The translations under genes were made by a program, and so were the position numbers. Below the pieces are notes generated by a model. It made no database searches, was not told where the DNA came from, and saw nothing but the letters and a program-made list of their open reading frames with translations. This document shows, one piece after another, positions 31,299-40,159 of a stretch of DNA of 62,394 bases. This DNA comes from a virus. The stretch's first letter is position 1, and every line of letters begins with the position of its first letter. The stretch lies in IMG/VR virus record IMGVR_UViG_3300003375_000002. One strand, 5' to 3'.

Positions 31299-32945
31299 TC
31301 AATCAATCTGATAAGTTATGTGGATGACGTAGCTGTAAGGAGCGCCTCCTGTGAAAGTTCCATTAAAAAACTGCGCAGTCAGCGTGCTCGAACCCTGTAT
31401 CGCCTTGATCGCGAGAGCGTAGCCAGTTCCTTGTGTCTCGACGCCGCTTCCAGCCGTGTAGTGATTTGAATTGTTCGCGATTGGGAGGTTTATCGAAAGG
31501 TAGGATGTGCATGACGAGTTTGCTGTCTGCTGGATCTGCAAGTCCAAATTGACGGTCTTATAATTGACGGTGTACTGGCCCGCATTTGTGGTCGTGAAGG
31601 TTCCCGACCCGCTTCCGCAGGTTACCGTTGGCGTATATGAAACCGGCGTATTTTGATTTGTCTGGCCATTGGTTGTTGTCCAGAACAAAGTGCTCCCGGT
31701 TCCGATTGTTGGAAGCGGAGTGCCATTGGTAACATCGTATCCAATAATCTGATTTTGGACCGCGGCGTAAGTGCCGGAACCTGTCCCCTCACTCAAAACG
31801 CCATTGGACCCCGGAGAAAGGTGCACGAAGGTGTTGGCGTTGGCACCTCCATACAAATATCCGGTTTGAGAGGTCGCGCGCAGAACGACACCATACCCAG
31901 AACCCGTCGTGTAGTTTCTGACGTTTATAAAGGTATTGTTGTCGCAAAATTTGCAATCAATACCGTGACCATTCGCGGTCAGCGTATCGATGTTTTCAAA
32001 TGTATTGAATGAGACATTTCCCGAAAATGTTGTGCCGTCGCTTTCGAGGGACAGCGCCGGTGCGCCGCTAGCCGACACGTCAATTGTCCGAACGGAAATA
32101 TTCCGAAACAGATTCATCTGTGTCCCAGTCGGATCGCCGCCAGCTGCATTTGTCGCGATCCTGATCGCCTTGCCGGTTGTGAGCGGGTTCGCGGCCATCA
32201 AATTTTCAAAATCGCCGCCGTACCAATTCACAATTTCAAGGCAAACTGCAGCTAGGCTATTGCAGTCAAATTTGATTTGAGAGACTCCGCCACGCGAACG
32301 ATTCCAAGCTGACGCGCCGCCAGTAAATGAAAACGAAACCATCGTGCCGCCAGACGACCCGGCCCATATAAATCGGGTGCCATTCGGCGCGAACGATACG
32401 TTATGATTGGAGTCCCCGCCGCAGCCCTGCAATTTTACGTTAGTGGTGTTCACGACAAGCCCGCTCGCGAGCTTATACTGTCCGCAACCATAAACGACTA
32501 CCGTACCTGCGCCGCTCAATGCGTAAGAATCGGCCTGATTGATCGCGTTTTGCCAAGCCGTTGCGCTGTCGTTGGTTCCTGTCGGATCGGCGCCATAAGC
32601 GTCGGCCGGAAGAAAAATGTCCTTGAAAATGTTGGAAGTTGGGGTCTGCACCCCCCCTGTCCCGGCAGGCGTCCATACGGCGCTCAGGGACCCGCCGTAT
32701 AAAAGCGTACTGACGCCGTCTGGCGCAGCTCCCGTAAGAAAACCGCTTGTTCCATTTACCGCGTTGCCGAGCGCGGATGCGACGCCGGTTCCTGGCCCAA
32801 TAGCCGAAATAGGCGAGCTTCCATTGCCAACAATAAGACCATTTTTACTTGTAAGGGTAATTGTGTTGTACGTCGGCGAAGGATAAGACTGAGCCAGCGC
32901 CACAGACGCTGCAAAAAGCCAGATCAAAAATGAGCGAATGAACAT
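31299..32945 (-). CDS. Second beta-helix protein with the same signal-peptide-like N-terminus
   Basis: ATG at 32945 after GAGGGGAAA. MFIRSFLIWLFAASVALAQSYPSPTYN. The body is rich in parallel beta-helix-like turns. Confidence 0.6.
   Translation of the reverse strand: MFIRSFLIWLFAASVALAQSYPSPTYNTITLTSKNGLIVGNGSSPISAIGPGTGVASALGNAVNGTSGFLTGAAPDGVSTLLYGGSLSAVWTPAGTGGVQTPTSNIFKDIFLPADAYGADPTGTNDSATAWQNAINQADSYALSGAGTVVVYGCGQYKLASGLVVNTTNVKLQGCGGDSNHNVSFAPNGTRFIWAGSSGGTMVSFSFTGGASAWNRSRGGVSQIKFDCNSLAAVCLEIVNWYGGDFENLMAANPLTTGKAIRIATNAAGGDPTGTQMNLFRNISVRTIDVSASGAPALSLESDGTTFSGNVSFNTFENIDTLTANGHGIDCKFCDNNTFINVRNYTTGSGYGVVLRATSQTGYLYGGANANTFVHLSPGSNGVLSEGTGSGTYAAVQNQIIGYDVTNGTPLPTIGTGSTLFWTTTNGQTNQNTPVSYTPTVTCGSGSGTFTTTNAGQYTVNYKTVNLDLQIQQTANSSCTSYLSINLPIANNSNHYTAGSGVETQGTGYALAIKAIQGSSTLTAQFFNGTFTGGAPYSYVIHITYQID
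32866..32937. repeat. 72-nt segment identical to 30931..31002
   Basis: Compared base by base. Confidence 0.9.
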
Positions 32946-32952
32946 TTTCCCC

Positions 32953-34035
32953 TCACGAGATCGAGATGACGCCGCCATTGTTCCAAAGCACACCCGAAGT
33001 TCCGGGCAGCGTTGTCGGCAGAGAATTCGCCAGTGAAGTCATTATCGTCAAAAGAGTCTGCCAAGTTGGAGCAGCACCTGTGTTGCCAGTCAACACTTGG
33101 CCTGTTGTTCCGACTGCAGTGGTATTCGGAGGTGCGCCTGCGCCGCCGCCGTACATCACCCCATATTGATTCAAAAGTGCAGAGCTCGCCCAAGTTGAAG
33201 CGCTGTTGAAATATGGAATGCCGCCAGAAGTTCCTGCGACAGTCAGAGATGGTGTCGTCGAAGGAGTGTTGACAGATATCAGTCCACCAGTGAATGAGAC
33301 ATTCGTGACTGTCCCCGAAGAAGGAGATGCCCAGACCACGTCTATTCCATTGGAAGAAAGAACATAGCCCGAGGTGCCAATCGGCAGCCTCACAGCGCTA
33401 TTTGTTCCGTTGCCGACAATCAAATCGCCGCGTGTCGTGACTGGCGACAGAGCATTGAATGCAGAAGTCGCATTGCTCTGGCCTGTTCCGCCGTTAACAA
33501 TCGGAACTTGCGAAATCGCAGATACATTTGATCCGTTGCTTGAAAGAATTTGACCTGCAGAAAAACCGCTCGTGAGCGTTGATCCGGCGGTTATTGTGAC
33601 TGTGGTGCTGCCAGGAGAGGCCCAGACTGCTGTCGCGCCATTTGAAGTCAATATATAGCCGTTCGCGCCAATCGGAAGGCGTGTGGCGCTGTTGGCTCCA
33701 TTGCCAATTATGAAATCGCCATTCGAAGTTATTGGTGAAAGAGCATTGAATGCAGCTGTGGCATTTTGCTGGCCTGTTCCGCCATTGGCAATGTTGAGAG
33801 TTCCGCCGAGAGTGAATGTTCCATTACTGGTTATAGGCGAACCAGCAAAAGTCATTCCTGTTGCACCGCCAGAAGCTGAAACGCTCGTGACAGTGCCAGT
33901 AAAATTTCCCGTCACCCAAGAGGCGAATTGGAATGCAGTTATTCTGACCGAAACTCCGCCCTGAACAGCCGCAATCTGTTCAGATCCATTGACTGAAATG
34001 GCAGCTGGCAGATTCGGTATTGTTATGTTTGACAT
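32953..34035 (-). CDS. Tail fibre protein with internal ~85-aa duplication
   Basis: NGGTGQ(Q/S)NAT.AFNALSP.T..GD.I.GNG.NSA.RLPIG..GY.L.SNG...VWASP occurs twice. Confidence 0.7.
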   Translation of the reverse strand: MSNITIPNLPAAISVNGSEQIAAVQGGVSVRITAFQFASWVTGNFTGTVTSVSASGGATGMTFAGSPITSNGTFTLGGTLNIANGGTGQQNATAAFNALSPITSNGDFIIGNGANSATRLPIGANGYILTSNGATAVWASPGSTTVTITAGSTLTSGFSAGQILSSNGSNVSAISQVPIVNGGTGQSNATSAFNALSPVTTRGDLIVGNGTNSAVRLPIGTSGYVLSSNGIDVVWASPSSGTVTNVSFTGGLISVNTPSTTPSLTVAGTSGGIPYFNSASTWASSALLNQYGVMYGGGAGAPPNTTAVGTTGQVLTGNTGAAPTWQTLLTIMTSLANSLPTTLPGTSGVLWNNGGVISIS

Positions 34036-34038
34036 TGA

Positions 34039-34773
34039 TTAAAGTCCAGTTTCTGGAATTTGATCGTAACCTATTGGCAGGCCAACTTGAGCGGTGAAAA
34101 TTTCTGTCGTTGACGTCAGAAGAGATCCAGCGCTTATTGCTCGATTCAATTCATAATTGAATGCGACTGCAGTCGTAACTGTCACAGACCAAATTCCATC
34201 GGCTGAAGAATTGCTTAGCCCTTCTGCAGCAATTTGGCTACCTGTGGAAAGATTGTGCGGAGAAGAGCAAGTCACACTGACGATCGTTGTTCCGAGGACT
34301 ACGACAGAAATCAGATTGAGCGGAATTCTAAAATTTGTTTTGCCATAAAGAGGCATCACTGCGTTGGCGTCCATACCTGTCGGCGTTCCAGTAACTTGCA
34401 TTGTCATATTTTTTCCGTCTTCGGTGACCAAATTTGTCGTCGAAAGAATTGGCAGGCCAGTTCTCGGATCAGTTACAAGGGGCAAGGATATCGTTTGATA
34501 ATTCGTTTCAGCATCCTGGAAATTCTGCGTGCGCGGATTCAGGATCGGCACAGGATCAGAAGGAACAACAATTGCCCTCAACTGGTCTTGAGGAGTGTCG
34601 AGGCAATGTCGACAAACAAGAAGCTGTTTGTTGATCAGGCCAGATCCAGCGAAATCATATTGCCACTGAAGATCGACATGATTAAATCGGAAACCGCACC
34701 TGTCGCAAATGGCATGAGCCTGCGGGCTGCGCAGGCTTGTTCTTGCTCTTCCGGATTGTGAAGCATAGGCCAC
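34039..34773 (-). CDS. Virion/tail protein with an N-terminal CxxC...CxxC zinc-ribbon-like motif
   Basis: CDRCGFRF ... CRHC. ORF track. Confidence 0.5.
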   Translation of the reverse strand: MAYASQSGRARTSLRSPQAHAICDRCGFRFNHVDLQWQYDFAGSGLINKQLLVCRHCLDTPQDQLRAIVVPSDPVPILNPRTQNFQDAETNYQTISLPLVTDPRTGLPILSTTNLVTEDGKNMTMQVTGTPTGMDANAVMPLYGKTNFRIPLNLISVVVLGTTIVSVTCSSPHNLSTGSQIAAEGLSNSSADGIWSVTVTTAVAFNYELNRAISAGSLLTSTTEIFTAQVGLPIGYDQIPETGL

Positions 34774-34787
34774 GTTTTAACCTTCTT

Positions 34788-35465
34788 TCACACTCTGAAA
34801 TAAGAGGAGAGCATTGGTGTTATGTAAGTCTGAGCATTTTCCTCATTCTGACGAGCGGCAATTCCGTAGGCTTCATCTGCAGCCGATTTGAGCATCATCA
34901 CGCGCGGAACCGCGTAAGTCATCGCCAGCCGCGCCGCAAGACCGAATGCAAATGCCTCCCAAAAATAGTATGGGATCTCGACGCTCTGGCCGTTCGAGAA
35001 TTCGCTGTCCTGGATCTGCCTTACGCGATAATAACTGAAACTTGTCTGACTTCCGTCCGGCACATACCAAAGGGTAACTGTCGGAGACAAAAGCCGATCA
35101 AACCAGAAAACTGTCGGTGTTCCAGTCTGATTTGGATTTGGGTAGCTCGCGTATTCTGTTCTGCTTATCGGAAGCATAACGCGGTTCGTTCCGCCTGCTG
35201 TAAAATAAGCATCCAGCATCGCAACAGTGTTGGCTGGCACATTGTAGGTCGACTGACCGGCAACAAGTGGAACAGTTTGAAGATCAACCGACCAAAGGTT
35301 TACGCCGTCAGAAGACCAACGCCCAAGCATCAAATTTGATGCCATGCGAGCAGTTTCCATGTGCTCTTGGAGGATTGCGGTTCCTCGAATGCCGCACATT
35401 CCGAGAGCATAAATCGTCACTTCGCCGAGCGACGGATTGAAATTGTATGTGCCGCTCGTCGTCAT
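34788..35465 (-). CDS. Virion protein (possible head-tail adaptor)
   Basis: ORF track. Position between capsid-side and tail-side genes. Function is a guess. Confidence 0.45.
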   Translation of the reverse strand: MTTSGTYNFNPSLGEVTIYALGMCGIRGTAILQEHMETARMASNLMLGRWSSDGVNLWSVDLQTVPLVAGQSTYNVPANTVAMLDAYFTAGGTNRVMLPISRTEYASYPNPNQTGTPTVFWFDRLLSPTVTLWYVPDGSQTSFSYYRVRQIQDSEFSNGQSVEIPYYFWEAFAFGLAARLAMTYAVPRVMMLKSAADEAYGIAARQNEENAQTYITPMLSSYFRV

Positions 35466-35653
35466 GCAATCGCTCCGTAAGGAGGCTGCACATAGCCGTC
35501 AGGCATGCCGGGGATTCCGAGAGTCAGATATGTCGATAATGCAGGTCTGATTGCAAAACCAAGAAAAGTCAGTTCGTTTCCAAGCGAATTCCTCGACACA
35601 GGAGTGAGCTCCAGGCCGACGCTTGTGCTGTTCCCGTTTGAGAACCCTGCCAT
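35462..35653 (-). CDS. Hypothetical small virion-module protein (63 aa)
   Basis: ORF track. Overlapping start and stop with neighbours. Confidence 0.45.
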   Translation of the reverse strand: MAGFSNGNSTSVGLELTPVSRNSLGNELTFLGFAIRPALSTYLTLGIPGMPDGYVQPPYGAIA

Positions 35654-36304
35654 TTATCGAGGCCCATTGCTGCTCTGCAAAAACGTGCTGACGACCGATC
35701 CAGTTCCGCTGTTGAGTGTTACACGAACGAAAATTGGCTGAAACAGAAAATTGCTCTGCTGAGTTGTCGTTGCAGCAACAACATTTGTGTCTAAAGAGCT
35801 GACCCAAGTCATCAGCGCAGGCACAACAGAGCGGACGGCCTTGTTCGGATCGTCCATCGATGTCTGAACAGTATAATTGACAGTTCCAGTGACTGTACAC
35901 TGAAATGCAATGTTGCTCGGAGCGAAATCGTTGAAGCGCACCCAAGGGCTGGAAGCGACACCTGATGTTCCGACAGTCAACGCATTCGCTGCATTGCCAG
36001 AGATTGTGATCGAGGTGACGGTCTTGTAATCAAGCACCGACTGACCAGTCGTCGCGTTCGGTCCAGTGATCGTTTCAGAGATCGGGCTGTTGGCCCAATC
36101 TGTTCCTGTGATTGTAAAAGTGCGCGAGCTCTCATTGCCTGTCGTGGTGATCAACACACGGCGCGGCACATCGAGCGTCGCGATGCCGCCCGTCGCCAGC
36201 GCGCCATTCAGCGTCAGCGCACCAACAGTCGGTGTTTGCGAAAGGGCAATATTGTTGGCTGATGCAGCAGCAAGAGGGCCAACAGAAACGACAATAGGCG
36301 TCAT
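35654..36304 (-). CDS. Virion structural protein (216 aa)
   Basis: ATG at 36304 after GGGAAGAAGG. Confidence 0.55.
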   Translation of the reverse strand: MTPIVVSVGPLAAASANNIALSQTPTVGALTLNGALATGGIATLDVPRRVLITTTGNESSRTFTITGTDWANSPISETITGPNATTGQSVLDYKTVTSITISGNAANALTVGTSGVASSPWVRFNDFAPSNIAFQCTVTGTVNYTVQTSMDDPNKAVRSVVPALMTWVSSLDTNVVAATTTQQSNFLFQPIFVRVTLNSGTGSVVSTFLQSSNGPR

Positions 36305-36357
36305 GGCCTTCTTCCCTGCAGATTTAAATGGCGCTGGACATGTCCAGCGCCGACGAA

Positions 36358-36705
36358 TCAATCGCGACCCATCGTCTGGCGCTCGAACTTCCGACCTTTG
36401 GCCGGGGTGCCATGCTCAGCGTGCGAGAATGGGCTGGACTCAACCATTCCACCCGCCTTGCGCATTTTCTTGCCGGCGTGGTGCTTGGCCTTTTTGCCTT
36501 CGACCTTGCCGCCTTCCTTGCGCTCTTCGGCTTCCGCGTCGACTTTCTTCGCGTTGGTGCGAGCTTCAGGCTTTTCCTTGAGGTCCTCTTCTTCCTCGTC
36601 CTTGCCGCGCATGGGCGATTCGGCTTTGCCACCCGCCTTGCGATGCTTGGCGATGTGATGCTCAATCTTCTGAGCAGTGTGATGGTGAGCTTTGTGACCC
36701 TTCAT
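36358..36705 (-). CDS. Small highly basic His/Lys-rich protein with K-x-G-G-x-V motifs
   Basis: AGGAG Shine-Dalgarno. KAGGKA, KEGGKV, KAGGMV. HKAHHHTAQKIEHH. Confidence 0.6.
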   Translation of the reverse strand: MKGHKAHHHTAQKIEHHIAKHRKAGGKAESPMRGKDEEEEDLKEKPEARTNAKKVDAEAEERKEGGKVEGKKAKHHAGKKMRKAGGMVESSPFSHAEHGTPAKGRKFERQTMGRD

Positions 36706-36716
36706 GATTCCTGCTC

Positions 36717-37913
36717 CTAGAAGTTGGCGTACTGGGTAACACCAAACAGGCCTGCGGTCGTTGTGATGTTGTAGGCCTGCGGCGACTGGTGAATGACGAG
36801 CTTGTTTGCGCCAGTCCCAGAGGTGAAAGCGGCATAGGTTCCGCGCACGTCGCCGGTGGTCGAGGTTGCAACCGTTCTGTCGCTCGGAAGATAGTTGGTC
36901 GCGGCAGTGATGCCAGTGACCGCCGTCAGAGAAGTCGCGTAGTTGACCGAGATGTCAGCGAAATTGTCGGATCGCAGTGGCAGGCCAAAAACATCCGTTG
37001 TGTCGACCGAATAGGCATGCGTTGTGTCAGCAGTGCCGCCCGAAAGGACAACAGACTTGATATAACGGAATGCTTTCTTGCCAGAAACCTGCGAGCCGGC
37101 AGTGAGGGTGATCGCCTCGACCATCGGATAGCCATAGATATCGTAGCCGGAAACCGTAGCGGTCGCGTAGGTGGCTCCGGAGGCTGCCGTCACCGCGACC
37201 GCACGGCCGATCAAAGCCTGCGCATTCCAAAGATAAATGCTGGGCGTAGGGCCGAGCGGAATAGCGCAGGCGAAAGGATTCGGCAACGCCAGTGTGACGG
37301 TTCCGGAGTTGGCCGAAAGAGCGCTGTTGTTGGTCGAATACGTACCAGCGACACCCTGACCGCCAGTGCCACCAGTCAGCTGACCAGTAATAATGGTGCC
37401 AGCCAATGTGCCAGAAGTGACAGTTCCGCCCGTCAGAACGACCATGCCAGGAGTGATCGGCATGGCGCTGTTGGCAGTGACAGTCATCACACCATTCGCG
37501 AACGACGCAGTCGCCGACGTGTAAGCGTCGAGCGCCACAAGGCCAGCGCCGCCATTTGTGTCGACAACGCCCGTATCAGAACGGGTGATGCTCGGAGTAA
37601 TGTAAACGCCAGTCGTCGCCGAATTGGCGCTGACGAGAGTAAGCGTCGCCGAGGTCGGATTGGCCGAAGCAACAATAGCGCCAGCAGCCTTGGTATAAGG
37701 GACGATGCTGAGCGTGGTGATATCGTCCGTTCCGAGCCAGCCGAAATCGGGCGCAGCCTGAGCCTCGCCCGGCAGGTAAGTGTAAATCGGGCGAGGATCG
37801 AGCAAGCCGATCCCGCCCCAGAAAAGCGACGTCCCAAGATCCGGATTGTATTCGGCACTATATGGATTCTGGCCGAATACAACAAGCGGACCGGAAAAAG
37901 CAGTGATTGCCAT
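36717..37913 (-). CDS. Virion structural protein (398 aa)
   Basis: ORF track. Immediately downstream of the capsid gene. Confidence 0.6.
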   Translation of the reverse strand: MAITAFSGPLVVFGQNPYSAEYNPDLGTSLFWGGIGLLDPRPIYTYLPGEAQAAPDFGWLGTDDITTLSIVPYTKAAGAIVASANPTSATLTLVSANSATTGVYITPSITRSDTGVVDTNGGAGLVALDAYTSATASFANGVMTVTANSAMPITPGMVVLTGGTVTSGTLAGTIITGQLTGGTGGQGVAGTYSTNNSALSANSGTVTLALPNPFACAIPLGPTPSIYLWNAQALIGRAVAVTAASGATYATATVSGYDIYGYPMVEAITLTAGSQVSGKKAFRYIKSVVLSGGTADTTHAYSVDTTDVFGLPLRSDNFADISVNYATSLTAVTGITAATNYLPSDRTVATSTTGDVRGTYAAFTSGTGANKLVIHQSPQAYNITTTAGLFGVTQYANF

Positions 37914-37925
37914 TGTGCTTTCTCC

Positions 37926-38840
37926 TCAGGAGGTGGGGAACGAGCCGTAGATCGAGCGCCAGTTGTAATAACCGAAGCTGTAGCGCTCGTAGCCCTTGAC
38001 CAGCAGGTTGTCGGTGACAAAATCGACCTGCATGTCAGTTTCGAATTTGATGCGCTCCATGTAGGAGAGACCATCAATGTTCGTGAGCAAGAACCAAGCG
38101 TACGCCGAAGTCAAGAAGTCATTCACCATGTAGCCTTCGGGCAGACCGCCCGCAGTCGTCATGATGGCATTTACGTCGTTGTCGGCGGTTCCGGGGCGCA
38201 GCTCCGTTTTGGTCAGGCGGATGGCGACCGGCTCAAGCTGCGGCGGAACGATGAGCTTGCGGCCACGAGCGAACACTTTCAGACCAGCTTGGTCCTTGAA
38301 GTTCGTGCGGATCGCGATCATCGAATTCAGCAACGTGGCTTCATTCAGATCGACCTGCGTGGTCGGCGTATTGGCGACAGTTCCGCCATCGATTGGATGC
38401 GCTGTCGAGCAGAGCGCCACACCGTCACCCGACACCGCGCCGGAGTAAGTCGTCGCGGTGTTCAGGACATTGGCGCCGTAAATCTCCTTGGTCTGCTGAA
38501 AAGATTCAATCAGGCCGAGATTCGACGGATGGAACTGGGTCTTGTAGAGATTGTCGTCGATGGCCTTGCGCGTGATGGCATAGCCGAGGCCGATCTCAGT
38601 GTGTTCCTGGTTGTAAACGTAGCGCTCACCCGCGCCATTGTCGAAGGAGGTCTGACCGCCTTCTGTCTTCAACTGCGCCAGACCCAAGAAGCGCATTTCC
38701 GCCGTGCGCTCAAGCGCCATCTTGGAGTCATGCTTGGTGAAGATCTTGTCGTACTGAGATGGGATCATCTCGTACTTGCCTTCAATTCCCCGGAGACCAG
38801 GAAGGAGAAGGTCTTTGATGGCAGAAAGATTGACAGCCAT
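37926..38840 (-). CDS. Major capsid protein (HK97-fold type, by size and position)
   Basis: 304 aa. Follows the scaffold and a terminator/strong-expression region. Composition is typical of coat proteins. Not verified by search. Confidence 0.65.
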   Translation of the reverse strand: MAVNLSAIKDLLLPGLRGIEGKYEMIPSQYDKIFTKHDSKMALERTAEMRFLGLAQLKTEGGQTSFDNGAGERYVYNQEHTEIGLGYAITRKAIDDNLYKTQFHPSNLGLIESFQQTKEIYGANVLNTATTYSGAVSGDGVALCSTAHPIDGGTVANTPTTQVDLNEATLLNSMIAIRTNFKDQAGLKVFARGRKLIVPPQLEPVAIRLTKTELRPGTADNDVNAIMTTAGGLPEGYMVNDFLTSAYAWFLLTNIDGLSYMERIKFETDMQVDFVTDNLLVKGYERYSFGYYNWRSIYGSFPTS

Positions 38841-38853
38841 TTACCTGCTCCTA

Positions 38854-39468
38854 TCAGCTGATGCCAGTCGGGCCAGCACCATTGCTGCGACCCAACAGGT
38901 TGTTGAAGGCGACGATGACGTAGTTGTAGCCACCAGCACTCAAGTCGGTGCCGTTTTGGCCGGGCGGTTCCGTCACCACATCAACGATTCGGAAAGGCAG
39001 TGTGACAGTCGTCGCCGGATTTTCGACATACATGCCGGAAATTCCGTTGGACGAATTGCCGGTACCGACATTCAGCTGAATGTACTGCCCGACGAGCGAA
39101 GCAGTGACTGTGGTTCCACCTGCCTGACAAAGGAACTGCGCATTCGGGTCATTGACGACATAAGCCGTAACATCGTTGCCCGAGGCAACATCGCTGCCCG
39201 GCCAATAATTGGACCAGACAGTTCGCTTCTGCGCGACAGAGAGATATTTGCAGCCGACGAAGATGCCAGCGAGCGCGACAGTCGAGGCAGTCGCCTGAGC
39301 GATGTAGCCAGTGGCCGAGCCAGTGACCGGAACAACCGCATCGCCAAAATAGATCGGGGTCGAATTGTTGTAGGCGATCTTCATGACCACCTGTTCGTAG
39401 GTCGGCGCGGAGCCGGTGCCTCGAATCTGACGGAAACCGAATGGGCCTTTGGTGTTGTTGTTGGCCAT
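38854..39468 (-). CDS. Capsid-associated protein (decoration/cement candidate)
   Basis: 204 aa directly upstream of the capsid gene. Function is by position only. Confidence 0.45.
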   Translation of the reverse strand: MANNNTKGPFGFRQIRGTGSAPTYEQVVMKIAYNNSTPIYFGDAVVPVTGSATGYIAQATASTVALAGIFVGCKYLSVAQKRTVWSNYWPGSDVASGNDVTAYVVNDPNAQFLCQAGGTTVTASLVGQYIQLNVGTGNSSNGISGMYVENPATTVTLPFRIVDVVTEPPGQNGTDLSAGGYNYVIVAFNNLLGRSNGAGPTGIS

Positions 39469-39575
39469 AGCGGGATCTCCTTTTCAGGAGGTCTGTCGCT
39501 GGCACGCCGGGGCCGCTTCAGATCTGGGATTGGTTAATCCTTCGCACCGGGGAAGGATGGGAGATTATTCTTTGA

Positions 39576-39621
39576 TTTGCAAAAAATGAAAAGGGGATGA
39601 AAAGAAAATTTTCATCCCCTT
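39576..39621 (-). terminator. Rho-independent terminator
   Basis: 13-bp stem aaggggatgaaaa (39591-39603) / ttttcatcccctt (39609-39621). In minus sense it is followed by TTCATTTTTTG. Confidence 0.7.
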
Positions 39622-39627
39622 GTTGAT

Positions 39628-40146
39628 TCACTCCTTGGGGATTGGCATGGCCTCGTAGGATTTCTTTACCTTGATCAAGGGAGAATCCTTGTTCGAGCGT
39701 TCAAACTGACCAGCCGGCGCAGCTGACAGCTGCTCCTCCTTGGCGCGGACCTGATTGCGAGCGCGCCGATTTTCAATGCTGCGAGCTTCTTCCGTCAATT
39801 CGAGGGGACGCTCCATGAGGACCATGCCCTTGCGGGTGATTTGGACGTCCTTGGAATTGACAGGCATCAGCTCCGGATGACGCGAGGCCGGCACAGGCTC
39901 CCAGCCCTTGCGCGCCAAGGCGACCTGATAAGCAGGATCTTCAGCACCCATTACGGTGCGAGTTTTCCATTCGTAACTCCAGCCGTCGGGAATGATCGCA
40001 CTGTCGATGTAAAAATCGTCAGTGCCTTCATCCATGACGCCAATGTGGCCACGGACTTCCGCTGCGCGGCGAGCAGCTCGCTCGCGAGGATCCTCCGCAT
40101 TCATCGGCGGACGAATTGCAGGACGAGTGTTCTTTTCAATGTTCAT
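39628..40146 (-). CDS. Hypothetical head-module protein (172 aa)
   Basis: ATG at 40146. ORF track. Confidence 0.55.
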   Translation of the reverse strand: MNIEKNTRPAIRPPMNAEDPRERAARRAAEVRGHIGVMDEGTDDFYIDSAIIPDGWSYEWKTRTVMGAEDPAYQVALARKGWEPVPASRHPELMPVNSKDVQITRKGMVLMERPLELTEEARSIENRRARNQVRAKEEQLSAAPAGQFERSNKDSPLIKVKKSYEAMPIPKE

Positions 40147-40159
40147 GGCATAATTCCCT

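Noticed and set aside
36789-38861. 690-aa plus-strand ORF across the capsid region
   Set aside because: It is antisense to three well-supported, Shine-Dalgarno-coupled minus-strand structural genes. The product is Arg/Ser/Gly-rich low complexity, typical of the reverse frame of GC-biased coding DNA. It has no start context.
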